Below are positions 31,667 through 49,400 of a DNA stretch of 64,000 bases, in pieces. The notes under the pieces were generated by a model, which had not been told where the DNA came from, made no database searches, and saw only the letters and a list, made by a program, of their open reading frames with translations. Each line of letters begins with the position of its first letter. Within the stretch, counting starts at the first letter, position 1. The position numbers and the translations under genes are program-made. Source of the DNA: Eledone cirrhosa (taxonomy: Eukaryota); NCBI GenBank assembly GCA_964016885.1, contig OZ024743.1, forward strand, positions 258,416,001-258,480,000, read 5' to 3'.

Positions 31667-34369
31667 TTATTGTCATCACTATTACCATTGTCATCACTAT
31701 TCATTGTCATCACTATTACCATTGTCATCCCTATTACAATTGTCATCACTATTACCATCGTCATCACTATTATCATTGTCATCACTATTACCATTGTCAT
31801 CACTATTACCATTGTCATTACTATTACCATTGTCATCACTATTATCATTGTCATCACTATTACCATTGTCATCACTATTACCATTGTCATCACTATTATC
31901 ATCGTCATCACTATTACCATTGTCATCACTATTACCATTGTCAGCACTATTATCATTGTCATCAGTATTACCATTGTCATCACTATTATCATTGTCATCA
32001 CTATTACCAATGTCATCACTATTACCATTGTCATCACTATTACCATTGTCATCACTATTACCATTGTCATCACTATTATCATCGTCATCACTATTACCAT
32101 TGTCATCACTATTATCATCGTCATCACTATTACCATCGTCATCACTATTATGGTCGTCATGACTATTAACTTTGTCATCACTATTACCATTGTCATCACT
32201 ATTACCATCGTCATCACTATTATCATTGTCATCACTATTATCATTGTCATCACTATTACCATTGTCATCACTATTACCATTGTCATCACTATTATCATTG
32301 TCATCACTATTACCATTGTCATCACTATTACCATTGTCATCACTATTATCATCGTCATGACTATAACCATTGTCATCAGTATTACCATTGTCATCACTAT
32401 TACCATTGTCATCACTATTATCATTGTCATCAGTATTACCATTGTCATCACTATTATCATTGTCATCACTATTACCATTGTCATCACAATTACCATTGTC
32501 ATCACTATTACCATTGTCATCACTATTATCATTGTCATCAGTATTACCATTGTCATCACTATTACCATTGTCATCACTATTACCATTGTCATCACTATTA
32601 CCATTGTCATCACTATTAACATTGTCATCACTATTATCATTGTCATCACTATTACCATTGTCATCACTATTATCATTGTCATCACTATTATCATTGTCAT
32701 CACTATTACCATTGTCATCACTATTAGCATTGTCATCACTATTATCATTGTCATTACTATTACCATTGTCATTACTATTATCATTGTCATCACTATTATC
32801 ATTGTCATCACTATTACCATTGTCATCACTATTATCATTGTCATCACTATTACCATTGTCATCACTATTATCATTGTCATCACTATTACCATCGTCATCA
32901 CTATTATCATTGTCATTACTATTACCATTGTCATCACTATTATCATTGTCATCACTATTACCATCGTCATCACTATTATCATTGTCATCACTATTACCAT
33001 TGTCATCACTATTACCATTGTCATCACTATTATCATCGTCTTGACTATTACCATTGTCAACACTATTAGCATTGTCATCACTATTACCATTGTCATCACT
33101 ATTATCATCGTCATGACTATTACCAGTCATCACTATTATCATTGTCATCACTATTACCATCGTCATCACTATTACCATTGTCATCACTATTACCATTGTC
33201 ATCACTATTATCATCGTCATCACTATTATCATTGTCATCACTATTACCATTGTCATCGCTATTACCATTGTCATCACTATTACCATTGTCATCACTATTC
33301 ATTGTCATCACTATTACCATTGTCATCACTATTACCATTGTCATCACTATTACCATTGTCATCACTATTCATTGTCATCAATATTACCATTGTCATCACT
33401 ATTACCATTGTCATCACTATTACCATTGTCATCACTATTAACATCATCATCACTATTACGATTGTCATCACTATTACCATTGTCATCACTATTCATTGTC
33501 ATCACTATTATCATTGTCATCACTATTACCATTGTCATCACTATTCATTGTCATCACTATTACCATTGTCATCCCTATTACCATTGTCATCACAATTATC
33601 ATTGTCATCACTATTATCATTGTCATCACTATTACCATTGTCATCACTATTATTATTGTCATCACTATTACCATTGTCATCACTATTCATTGTCATCACT
33701 ATTACCATTGTCATCCCTATTACAATTGTCATCACTATTACCATCGTCATCACTATTATCATTGTCATCACTATTACCATTGTCATCACTATTACCATTG
33801 TCATCACTATTACAATTGTCATCACTATTACCATTGTCATCACTATTAACATCATCATCACTATTACCATTGTCATCACTATTACCATTGTCGTCACTAT
33901 TCATTGTCATAACTATTATCATTGTCATCACTATTACCATTGTCATCACTATTCATTGTCATCACTATTACCATTGTCATCCCTATTACCATTGTCATTA
34001 CTATTATCATTGTCATCACTATTATCATCGTCATCACTATTACCATTGTCATCACTATTATCATTGTCATCACTATTACCATTGTCATCACTATTCATTG
34101 TCATCACTATTACCATTGTCATCCCTATTACAATTGTCATCACTATTACCATTGTCATCACTATTACCATTGTCATCACTATTACCATTGTCATCACTAT
34201 TATCATTGTCATCACTATTATCATTGTCATCACTATTATCATTGTCATCACTATTATCATTGTCATCACTATTACCATCGTCATCACTATTATCATTGTC
34301 ATCACTATTATCATTATCATCACTATTACCATTGTCATCACTATTATCATTGTCACCACTATTACCATC

Positions 34370-34910
34370 GTCATCACTATTATCATTGTCATCACTATTA
34401 CCATTGTCATCACTATTACCATTGTCATCACTATTATCATTGTCATCACTATTATCATTGTCATCACTATTATCATTGTCATCACTATTATCATTGTCAT
34501 CACTATTACCATTGTCATCACTATTACCATCGTCATCACTATTATCATTGTCATCACTATTACCATTGTCATCACTATTACCATCGTCATCACTATTATC
34601 ATTGTCATCACTATTACCATTGTCATCACTATTACCATTGTCATCACTATTATCATTGTCATCACTATTATCATTGTCATCACTATTATCATTGTCATCA
34701 CTATTATCATTGTCATCACTATTACCATTGTCATCACTATTACCATCGTCATCACTATTATCATTGTCATCACTATTACCATTGTCATCACTATTACCAT
34801 CGTCATCACTATTATCATTGTCATCACTATTACCATTGTCATCACTATTACCATTGTCATCACTATTATCATTGTCATCACTATTATCATTGTCATCACT
34901 ATTATCATTG
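34370..34910. repeat. 216-bp (12-monomer) local tandem duplication, ~2.5 copies
   Basis: The CATCGT variant pair at 34531/34585 recurs at 34747/34801, and the C/T code of the intervening monomers repeats with period 12. Confidence 0.8.
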
Positions 34911-36036
34911 TCATCTCTATTATCATTGTCATCACTATTACCATTGTCATCACTATTACCATTGTCATCACTAGTATCATTGTCATCACTATTACCATCG
35001 TCATCACTATTATCATTGTCATCACTATTACCATTGTCATCACTATTACCATTGTCATCACTATTACAATTGTCATCACTATTACCATTGTCATCACTAT
35101 TAACATCATCATCACTATTACCATTGTCATCACTATTACCATTGTCATCACTATTCATTGTCATAACTATTATCATTGTCATCACTATTACCATTGTCAT
35201 CACTATTCATTGTCATCACTATTACCATTGTCATCCCTATTACCATTGTCATCACTATTACCATTGTCATCACTATTATCATTGTCATCACTATTAGCAT
35301 TGTCATCACTATTACCATTGTCATCACTATTATCATTGTCATCACTATTACCATTGTCATCACTATTATCATTGTCATCACTATTACCATTGTCATCACT
35401 ATTATCATTGTCATCACTGTCATCATTGTCATCAATATTACCATTGTCATCACTATTATCATTGTCATCACTATTACCATTGTCATCACTATTACCATTG
35501 TCATCACTATTACCCTTGTCATCACTATTATCATCGTCATCACTATTACCATTGTCATCACTATTATCATCCTCATCACTATTACCATTGTCATCACTAT
35601 TACCCTTGTCATCACTATTATCATCGTCATCACTATTACCATTGTCATCACTATTACCATTGTCATCACTATTATCATTGTCATCACTATTATCATTGTC
35701 ATCACTATTACTATCGTCATCACTATTACCATTGTCATCACTATTTTCATTGTCATCACTATTATCATTGTCATCACTATTATCATTGTCATCACTATTA
35801 CTATCGTCATCACTATTACCATTGTCATCACTATTACCATTGTCATCACTATTACCATTGTCATCACTATTACCATTGTCATCACTATTACCATTGTCAT
35901 CACTATTACCATTTTCATCACTATTATCATTGTCATCACTATTACCATTGTCATCGCTATTACCATTGTCATCACTATTACCATTGTCATCATTATTACC
36001 ATTGTCATCACTATTATCATTGTCATCACTATTACC

Positions 36037-36050
36037 ATTGTCATGACAAT
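36037..36050. other. Perfect 14-bp palindrome ATTGTCATGACAAT (also 41341, 48391, 51553, 58621)
   Basis: Reads identically on both strands. It differs from consensus ATTGTCATCACTAT by two transversions (C>G, T>A). Confidence 0.95.
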
Positions 36051-39000
36051 TACCATTGTCATCACTATTACCTTTGTCATCTCTATTATCATTGTCATCA
36101 CTATTATCATTGTCATCACTATTATCATTGTCATCACTATTATCATTGTCATCACTATTACCATTGTCATCACTATTACCATCGTCATCACTATTATCAT
36201 TGTCATCACTATTACCATCGTCATCACTATTACCATTGTCATCACTATTATCATTGTCATCACTATTAACACCGTCATCACTATTATCATTGTCATCACT
36301 ATTACCATTGTCATCACTATTAACATTGTCATCACTATTACCATTGTCATCACTATTATCATTGTCATCACTATTACCATTGTCATCACTATTACCATTG
36401 TCATCACTATTATCATTGTCATCACTATTATCATTGTCATCACTATTATCATTGTCACCACTATTACCATTGTCATCACTATTACCATTGTCATCACTAT
36501 TACCATTGTCATCACTATTCATTGTCATCACTATTACCATTGTCATCACTATTACCATTGTCATCACTATTAACAACATCATCACTATTACGATTGTCAT
36601 CACTATTACCATTGTCATCACTATTCATTGTCATCACTATTATCATCGTCATCACTATTACCATTGTCATCACTATTATCATCGTCATCACTATTACCAT
36701 TGTCATCACTATTACCATTGTCATCACTATTATCATTGTCATCACTATTATCATTGTCATCACTATTCATTGTCATCACTATTCATTGTCATCACTATTA
36801 TCATTGTCATCACTATTCATTGTCATCACTATTACCATTGTCATCACTATTATCAGTTTCATCACTATTACCATTGTCATCACTATTACCATTGTCATCA
36901 CTATTACCATCGTCATCACTATTATCATTGTCATCACTATTACCATTGTCATCACTATTACCATTGTCATCACTATTATCATCGTCATGACTATTACCAT
37001 TGTCATCACTATTATCATTGTCATCACTATTACCATCGTCATCACTATTACCATTGTCATCACTATTACCATTGTCATCACTATTATCATCGTCATCACT
37101 ATTATCATTGTCATCACTATTACCATTGTCAACACTATTAGCATTGTCATCACTATTAGCATTGTCATCGCTATTACCATTGTCATCACTATTACCATTG
37201 TCATCACTATTCATTGTCATCACTATTACCATTGTCATCAATATTACCATTGTCATCACTATTACCATTGTCATCACTATTCATTGTCATCAATATTACC
37301 ATTGTCATCACTATTACCATTGTCATCACTATTACCATTGTCATCACTATTAACATCATCATCACTATTACCATTGTCATCACTATTACCATTGTCATCA
37401 CTATTCATTGTCATCACTATTATCATTGTCATCACTATTACTATTGTCATCACTATTCATTGTCATCACTATTACCATTGTCATCCCTATTACCATTGTC
37501 ATCACAATTATCATTGTCATCACTATTATCATTGTCATCACTATTACCATTGTCATCACTATTATTATTGTCATCACTATTACCATTGTCATCACTATTC
37601 ATTGTCATCACTATTACCATTGTCATCCCTATTACAATTGTCATCACTATTACCATCGTCATCACTATTATCATTGTCATCACTATTACCATTGTCATCA
37701 CTATTACCATTGTCATTACTATTACCATTGTCATCACTATTATCATTGTCATCACTATTACCATTGTCATCACTATTACCATTGTCATCACTATTATCAT
37801 CGTCATCACTATTACCATTGTCATCACTATTACCATTGTCAGCACTATTATCATTGTCATCAGTATTACCATTGTCATCACTATTATCATTGTCATCACT
37901 ATTACCAATGTCATCACTATTACCATTGTCATCACTATTACCATTGTCATCACTATTACCATTGTCATCACTATTATCATCGTCATCACTATTACCATTG
38001 TCATCACTATTATCATCGTCATCACTATTACCATCGTCATCACTATTATGGTCGTCATGACTATTAACTTTGTCATCACTATTACCATTGTCATCACTAT
38101 TACCATCGTCATCACTATTATCATTGTCATCACTATTATCATTGTCATCACTATTACCATTGTCATCACTATTACCATTGTCATCACTATTATCATTGTC
38201 ATCACTATTACCATTGTCATAACTATTACCATTGTCATCACTATTATCATCGTCATGACTATAACCATTGTCATCAGTATTACCATTGTCATCACTATTA
38301 CCATTGTCATCACTATTATCATTGTCATCAGTATTACCATTGTCATCACTATTATCATTGTCATCACTATTACCATTGTCATCACAATTACCATTGTCAT
38401 CACTATTACCATTGTCATCACTATTATCATTGTCATCAGTATTACCATTGTCATCACTATTACCATTGTCATCACTATTACCATTGTCATCACTATTACC
38501 ATTGTCATCACTATTAACATTGTCATCACTATTATCATTGTCATCACTATTACCATTGTCATCACTATTATCATTGTCATCACTATTATCATTGTCATCA
38601 CTATTACCATTGTCATCACTATTAGCATTGTCATCACTATTATCATTGTCATTACTATTACCATTGTCATTACTATTATCATTGTCATCACTATTATCAT
38701 TGTCATCACTATTACCATTGTCATCACTATTATCATTGTCATCACTATTACCATTGTCATCACTATTATCATTGTCATCACTATTACCATTGTCATCACT
38801 ATTATCATTGTCATCACTATTACCATCGTCATCACTATTATCATTGTCATTACTATTACCATTGTCATCACTATTATCATTGTCATCACTATTACCATCG
38901 TCATCACTATTATCATTGTCATCACTATTACCATTGTCATCACTATTACCATTGTCATCACTATTATCATCGTCTTGACTATTACCATTGTCATCACTAT

Positions 39001-40429
39001 TATCATTGTCATCACTATTACCATCGTCATCACTATTACCATTGTCATCACTATTACCATTGTCATCACTATTATCATCGTCATCACTATTATCATTGTC
39101 ATCACTATTACCATTGTCAACACTATTAGCATTGTCATCACTATTACCATTGTCATCACTATTATCATCGTCATGACTATTACCAGTCATCACTATTATC
39201 ATTGTCATCACTATTACCATCGTCATCACTATTACCATTGTCATCACTATTACCATTGTCATCACTATTATCATCGTCATCACTATTATCATTGTCATCA
39301 CTATTACCATTGTCATCGCTATTACCATTGTCATCACTATTACCATTGTCATCACTATTACCATTGTCATCACTATTCATTGTCATCACTATTACCATTG
39401 TCATCACTATTACCATAGTCATCACTATTCATTGTCATCAATATTACCATTGTCATCACTATTACCATTGTCATCACTATTACCATTGTCATCACTATTA
39501 ACATCATCATCACTATTACGATTGTCATCACTATTACCATTGTCATCACTATTCATTGTCATCACTATTATCATTGTCATCACTATTACCATTGTCATCA
39601 CTATTCATTGTCATCACTATTACCATTGTCATCCCTATTACCATTGTCATCACAATTAACATTGTCATCACTATTATCATTGTCATCACTATTACCATTG
39701 TCATCACTATTATTATTGTCATCACTATTACCATTGTCATCACTATTCATTGTCATCACTATTCATTGTCATCACTATTACCATTGTCATCACTATTCAT
39801 TGTCATCACTATTACCATTGTCATCCCTATTACCATTGTCATTACTATTATCATTGTCATCACTATTATCATTGTCATCACTATTACCATTGTCATCACT
39901 ATTATCATTGTCATCACTATTACCATTGTCATCACTATTCATTGTCATCACTATTACCATTGTCATCCCTATTACAATTGTCATCACTATTACCATTGTC
40001 ATCACTATTACCATTGTCATCACTATTACCATTGTCATCACTATTATCATTGTCATCACTATTATCATTGTCATCACTATTATCATTGTCATCACTATTA
40101 TCATTGTCATCACTATTACCATCGTCATCACTATTATCATTGTCATCACTATTATCATTATCATCACTATTACCATTGTCATCACTATTATCATTGTCAT
40201 CACTATTACCATCGTCATCACTATTATCATTGTCATCACTATTACCATTGTCATCACTATTACCATCGTCATCACTATTATCATTGTCATCACTATTACC
40301 ATTGTCATCACTATTACCATTGTCATCACTATTATCATTGTCATCACTATTATCATTGTCATCACTATTATCATTGTCATCACTATTATCATTGTCATCA
40401 CTATTACCATTGTCATCACTATTACCATT

Positions 40430-43400
40430 GTCATCACTATTATCATTTTCATCACTATTATCAACGTCATGACTATTATCATCGTCATCACTATTCCCAT
40501 TGTCATCACTATTACCATTGTCATCACTATTATCATTGTCATCACTATTATCATTGTCATCACTATTATCATTGTCATCTCTATTATCATTGTCATCACT
40601 ATTACCATTGTCATCACTATTACCATTGTCATCACTAGTATCATTGTCATCACTATTACCATCGTCATCACTATTATCATTGTCATCACTATTACCATTG
40701 TCATCACTATTACCATTGTCATCACTATTACAATTGTCATCACTATTACCATTGTCATCACTATTAACATCATCATCACTATTACCATTGTCATCACTAT
40801 TACCATTGTCATCACTATTCATTGTCATAACTATTATCATTGTCATCACTATTACCATTGTCATCACTATTCATTGTCATCACTATTACCATTGTCATCC
40901 CTATTACCATTGTCATCACTATTACCATTGTCATCACTATTATCATTGTCATCACTATTATCATTGTCATCACTATTACCATTGTCATCACTATTATCAT
41001 TGTCATCACTATTACCATTGTCATCACTATTATCATTGTCATCACTATTACCATTGTCATCACTATTATCATTGTCATCACTGTCATCATTGTCATCACT
41101 ATTACCATTGTCATCACTATTATCATTGTCATCACTATTACCATTGTCATCACTATTACCATTGTCATCACTATTACCATTGTCATCACTATTACCATTG
41201 TCATCACTATTACCATTTTCATCACTATTATCATTGTCATCACTATTACCATTGTCATCGCTATTACCATTGTCATCACTATTACCATTGTCATCATTAT
41301 TACCATTGTCATCACTATTATCATTGTCATCACTATTACCATTGTCATGACAATTACCATTGTCATCACTATTACCATTGTCATCTCTATTATCATTGTC
41401 ATCACTATTATCATTGTCATCACTATTATCATTGTCATCACTATTATCATTGTCATCACTATTACCATTGTCATCACTATTACCATCGTCATCACTATTA
41501 TCATTGTCATCACTATTACCATCGTCATCACTATTACCATTGTCATCACTATTATCATTGTCATCACTATTAACACCGTCATCACTATTATCATTGTCAT
41601 CACTATTACCATTGTCATCACTATTAACATTGTCATCACTATTACCATTGTCATCACTATTACCATTGTCATCACTATTCATTGTCATCACTATTATCAT
41701 CGTCATCACTATTACCATTGTCATCACTATTATCATCGTCATCACTATTACCATTGTCATCACTATTACCATTGTCATCACTATTATCATTGTCATCACT
41801 ATTATCATTGTCATCACTATTCATTGTCATCACTATTCATTGTCATCACTATTATCATTGTCATCACTATTCATTGTCATCACTATTACCATTGTCATCA
41901 CTATTATCAGTTTCATCACTATTACCATTGTCATCACTATTACCATTGTCATCACTATTACCATCGTCATCACTATTATCATTGTCATCACTATTACCAT
42001 TGTCATCACTATTACCATTGTCATCACTATTATCATCGTCATGACTATTACCATTGTCATCACTATTATCATTGTCATCACTATTACCATCGTCATCACT
42101 ATTACCATTGTCATCACTATTACCATTGTCATCACTATTATCATCGTCATCACTATTATCATTGTCATCACTATTACCATTGTCAACACTATTAGCATTG
42201 TCATCACTATTAGCATTGTCATCGCTATTACCATTGTCATCACTATTACCATTGTCATCACTATTCATTGTCATCACTATTACCATTGTCATCAATATTA
42301 CCATTGTCATCACTATTACCATTGTCATCACTATTCATTGTCATCAATATTACCATTGTCATCACTATTACCATTGTCATCACTATTACCATTGTCATCA
42401 CTATTAACATCATCATCACTATTACCATTGTCATCACTATTACCATTGTCATCACTATTCATTGTCATCACTATTATCATTGTCATCACTATTACTATTG
42501 TCATCACTATTCATTGTCATCACTATTACCATTGTCATCCCTATTACCATTGTCATCACAATTATCATTGTCATCACTATTATCATTGTCATCACTATTA
42601 CCATTGTCATCACTATTATTATTGTCATCACTATTACCATTGTCATCACTATTCATTGTCATCACTATTACCATTGTCATCCCTATTACAATTGTCATCA
42701 CTATTACCATCGTCATCACTATTATCATTGTCATCACTATTACCATTGTCATCACTATTACCATTGTCATTACTATTACCATTGTCATCACTATTATCAT
42801 TGTCATCACTATTACCATTGTCATCACTATTACCATTGTCATCACTATTATCATCGTCATCACTATTACCATTGTCATCACTATTACCATTGTCAGCACT
42901 ATTATCATTGTCATCAGTATTACCATTGTCATCACTATTATCATTGTCATCACTATTACCAATGTCATCACTATTACCATTGTCATCACTATTACCATTG
43001 TCATCACTATTACCATTGTCATCACTATTATCATCGTCATCACTATTACCATTGTCATCACTATTATCATCGTCATCACTATTACCATCGTCATCACTAT
43101 TATGGTCGTCATGACTATTAACTTTGTCATCACTATTACCATTGTCATCACTATTACCATCGTCATCACTATTATCATTGTCATCACTATTATCATTGTC
43201 ATCACTATTACCATTGTCATCACTATTACCATTGTCATCACTATTATCATTGTCATCACTATTACCATTGTCATAACTATTACCATTGTCATCACTATTA
43301 TCATCGTCATGACTATAACCATTGTCATCAGTATTACCATTGTCATCACTATTACCATTGTCATCACTATTATCATTGTCATCAGTATTACCATTGTCAT

Positions 43401-46400
43401 CACTATTATCATTGTCATCACTATTACCATTGTCATCACAATTACCATTGTCATCACTATTACCATTGTCATCACTATTATCATTGTCATCAGTATTACC
43501 ATTGTCATCACTATTACCATTGTCATCACTATTACCATTGTCATCACTATTACCATTGTCATCACTATTAACATTGTCATCACTATTATCATTGTCATCA
43601 CTATTACCATTGTCATCACTATTATCATTGTCATCACTATTATCATTGTCATCACTATTACCATTGTCATCACTATTAGCATTGTCATCACTATTATCAT
43701 TGTCATTACTATTACCATTGTCATTACTATTATCATTGTCATCACTATTATCATTGTCATCACTATTACCATTGTCATCACTATTATCATTGTCATCACT
43801 ATTACCATTGTCATCACTATTACCATTGTCATCACTATTATCATTGTCATCACTATTACCATCGTCATCACTATTATCATTGTCATTACTATTACCATTG
43901 TCATCACTATTATCATTGTCATCACTATTACCATCGTCATCACTATTATCATTGTCATCACTATTACCATTGTCATCACTATTACCATTGTCATCACTAT
44001 TATCATCGTCTTGACTATTACCATTGTCATCACTATTATCATTGTCATCACTATTACCATCGTCATCACTATTACCATTGTCATCACTATTACCATTGTC
44101 ATCACTATTATCATCGTCATCACTATTATCATTGTCATCACTATTACCATTGTCAACACTATTAGCATTGTCATCACTATTACCATTGTCATCACTATTA
44201 TCATCGTCATGACTATTACCAGTCATCACTATTATCATTGTCATCACTATTACCATCGTCATCACTATTACCATTGTCATCACTATTACCATTGTCATCA
44301 CTATTATCATCCTCATCACTATTATCATTGTCATCACTATTACCATTGTCATCGCTATTACCATTGTCATCACTATTACCATTGTCATCACTATTACCAT
44401 TGTCATCACTATTCATTGTCATCACTATTACCATTGTCATCACTATTACCATAGTCATCACTATTCATTGTCATCAATATTACCATTGTCATCACTATTA
44501 CCATTGTCATCACTATTACCATTGTCATCACTATTAACATCATCATCACTATTACGATTGTCATCACTATTACCATTGTCATCACTATTCATTGTCATCA
44601 CTATTATCATTGTCATCACTATTACCATTGTCATCACTATTCATTGTCATCACTATTACCATTGTCATCCCTATTACCATTGTCATCACAATTATCATTG
44701 TCATCACTATTATCATTGTCATCACTATTACCATTGTCATCACTATTATTATTGTCATCACTATTACCATTGTCATCCCTATTACAATTGTCATCACTAT
44801 TACCATCGTCATCACTATTATCATTGTCATCACTATTACCATTGTCATCACTATTACCATTGTCATCACTATTACAATTGTCATCACTATTACCATTGTC
44901 ATCACTATTAACATCATCATCACTATTACCATTGTCATCACTATTACCATTGTCGTCACTATTCATTGTCATAACTATTATCATTGTCATCACTATTACC
45001 ATTGTCATCACTATTCATTGTCATCACTATTACCATTGTCATCCCTATTACCATTGTCATTACTATTATCATTGTCATCACTATTATCATTGTCATCACT
45101 ATTACCATTGTCATCACTATTATCATTGTCATCACTATTACCATTGTCATCACTATTCATTGTCATCACTATTACCATTGTCATCCCTATTACAATTGTC
45201 ATCACTATTACCATTGTCATCACTATTACCATTGTCATCACTATTACCATTGTCATCACTATTATCATTGTCATCACTATTATCATTGTCATCACTATTA
45301 TCATTGTCATCACTATTATCATTGTCATCACTATTACCATCGTCATCACTATTATCATTGTCATCACTATTATCATTATCATCACTATTACCATTGTCAT
45401 CACTATTATCATTGTCATCACTATTACCATCGTCATCACTATTATCATTGTCATCACTATTACCATTGTCATCACTATTACCATCGTCATCACTATTATC
45501 ATTGTCATCACTATTACCATTGTCATCACTATTACCATTGTCATCACTATTATCATTGTCATCACTATTATCATTGTCATCACTATTATCATTGTCATCA
45601 CTATTATCATTGTCATCACTATTACCATTGTCATCACTATTACCATTGTCATCACTATTATCATTTTCATCACTATTATCAACGTCATGACTATTATCAT
45701 CGTCATCACTATTCCCATTGTCATCACTATTACCATTGTCATCACTATTATCATTGTCATCACTATTATCATTGTCATCTCTATTATCATTGTCATCACT
45801 ATTACCATTGTCATCACTATTACCATTGTCATCACTATTACCATTGTCATCACTATTATCATTGTCATCTCTATTATCATTGTCATCACTATTACCATTG
45901 TCATCACTATTACCATTGTCATCACTAGTATCATTGTCATCACTATTACCATCGTCATCACTATTATCATTGTCATCACTATTACCATTGTCATCACTAT
46001 TACCATTGTCATCACTATTACAATTGTCATCACTATTACCATTGTCATCACTATTAACATCATCATCACTATTACCATTGTCATCACTATTACCATTGTC
46101 ATCACTATTCATTGTCATAACTATTATCATTGTCATCACTATTACCATTGTCATCACTATTCATTGTCATCACTATTACCATTGTCATCCCTATTACCAT
46201 TGTCATCACTATTACCATTGTCATCACTATTATCATTGTCATCACTATTATCATTGTCATCACTATTACCATTGTCATCACTATTATCATTGTCATCACT
46301 ATTACCATTGTCATCACTATTATCATTGTCATCACTATTACCATTGTCATCACTATTATCATTGTCATCACTGTCATCATTGTCATCACTATTACCATTG

Positions 46401-49400
46401 TCATCACTATTATCATTGTCATCACTATTACCATTGTCATCACTATTATCATCGTCATCACTATTACCATTGTCATCACTATTACCATTGTCATCACTAT
46501 TACCCTTGTCATCACTATTATCATCGTCATCACTATTACCATTGTCATCACTATTATCATCCTCATCACTATTACCATTGTCATCACTATTACCCTCGTC
46601 ATCACTATTATCATCGTCATCACTATTACCATTGTCATCACTATTACCATTGTCATCACTATTATCATTGTCATCACTATTATCATTGTCATCACTATTA
46701 CTATCGTCATCACTATTACCATTGTCATCACTATTTTCATTGTCATCACTATTATCATTGTCATCACTATTATCATTGTCATCACTATTACTATCTTCAT
46801 CACTATTACCATTGTCATCACTATTACCATTGTCATCACTATTACCATTGTCATCACTATTACCATTGTCATCACTATTACCATTGTCATCACTATTACC
46901 ATTGTCATCACTATTACCATTTTCATCACTATTATCATTGTCATCACTATTATCATTGTCATCACTATTATCATTGTCATCACTATTATCATTGTCATCA
47001 CTATTACCATTGTCATCACTATTACCATTGTCATCACTATTATCATTTTCATCACTATTATCAACGTCATGACTATTATCAACGTCATCACTATTACCAT
47101 CGTCACCACTATTATCATTGTCATCACTATTACCATTGTCATCACTATTACCATCGTCATCACTATTATCATTGTCATCACTATTACCATTGTCATCACT
47201 ATTACCATTGTCATCACTATTATCATTGTCATCACTATTATCATTGTTATCACTATTATCATTGTCATCTCTATTATCATTGTCATCACTATTACCATTG
47301 TCATCACTATTACCATTGTCATCACTAGTATCATTGTCATCACTATTACCATCGTCATCACTATTATCATTGTCATCACTATTACCATTGTCATCACTAT
47401 TACCATTGTCATCACTATTACAATTGTCATCACTATTACCATTGTCATCACTATTAACATCATCATCACTATTACCATTGTCATCACTATTACCATTGTC
47501 ATCACTATTCATTGTCATAACTATTATCATTGTCATCACTATTACCATTGTCATCACTATTCATTGTCATCACTATTACCATTGTCATCCCTATTACCAT
47601 TGTCATCACTATTACCATTGTCATCACTATTATCATTGTCATCACTATTATCATTGTCATCACTATTACCATTGTCATCACTATTATCATTGTCATCACT
47701 ATTACCATTGTCATCACTATTATCATTGTCATCACTATTACCATTGTCATCACTATTATCATTGTCATCACTGTCATCATTGTCATCAATATTACCATTG
47801 TCATCACTATTATCATTGTCATCACTATTACCATTGTCATCACTATTACCATTGTCATCACTATTACCCTTGTCATCACTATTATCATCGTCATCACTAT
47901 TACCATTGTCATCACTATTATCATCCTCATCACTATTACCATTGTCATCACTATTACCCTTGTCATCACTATTATCATCGTCATCACTATTACCATTGTC
48001 ATCACTATTACCATTGTCATCACTATTATCATTGTCATCACTATTATCATTGTCATCACTATTACTATCGTCATCACTATTACCATTGTCATCACTATTT
48101 TCATTGTCATCACTATTATCATTGTCATCACTATTATCATTGTCATCACTATTACTATCGTCATCACTATTACCATTGTCATCACTATTACCATTGTCAT
48201 CACTATTACCATTGTCATCACTATTACCATTGTCATCACTATTACCATTGTCATCACTATTACCATTTTCATCACTATTATCATTGTCATCACTATTACC
48301 ATTGTCATCGCTATTACCATTGTCATCACTATTACCATTGTCATCATTATTACCATTGTCATCACTATTATCATTGTCATCACTATTACCATTGTCATGA
48401 CAATTACCATTGTCATCACTATTACCATTGTCATCTCTATTATCATTGTCATCACTATTATCATTGTCATCACTATTATCATTGTCATCACTATTATCAT
48501 TGTCATCACTATTACCATTGTCATCACTATTACCATCGTCATCACTATTATCATTGTCATCACTATTACCATCGTCATCACTATTACCATTGTCATCACT
48601 ATTATCATTGTCATCACTATTAACACCGTCATCACTATTATCATTGTCATCACTATTACCATTGTCATCACTATTAACATTGTCATCACTATTACCATTG
48701 TCATCACTATTATCATTGTCATCACTATTACCATTGTCATCACTATTACCATTGTCATCACTATTATCATTGTCATCACTATTATCATTGTCATCACTAT
48801 TATCATTGTCACCACTATTACCATTGTCATCACTATTACCATTGTCATCACTATTACCATTGTCATCACTATTCATTGTCATCACTATTACCATTGTCAT
48901 CACTATTACCATTGTCATCACTATTAACAACATCATCACTATTACGATTGTCATCACTATTACCATTGTCATCACTATTCATTGTCATCACTATTATCAT
49001 CGTCATCACTATTACCATTGTCATCACTATTATCATCGTCATCACTATTACCATTGTCATCACTATTACCATTGTCATCACTATTATCATTGTCATCACT
49101 ATTATCATTGTCATCACTATTCATTGTCATCACTATTCATTGTCATCACTATTATCATTGTCATCACTATTCATTGTCATCACTATTACCATTGTCATCA
49201 CTATTATCAGTTTCATCACTATTACCATTGTCATCACTATTACCATTGTCATCACTATTACCATCGTCATCACTATTATCATTGTCATCACTATTACCAT
49301 TGTCATCACTATTACCATTGTCATCACTATTATCATCGTCATGACTATTACCATTGTCATCACTATTATCATTGTCATCACTATTATCATCGTCATCACT

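Noticed and set aside
36036-36050. CATTGTCATGACAAT resembling a Sox-Oct composite element
   Set aside because: The octamer half mismatches (ATGACAAT vs ATGCAAAT), the host taxon is unknown, and chance resemblance is likely.
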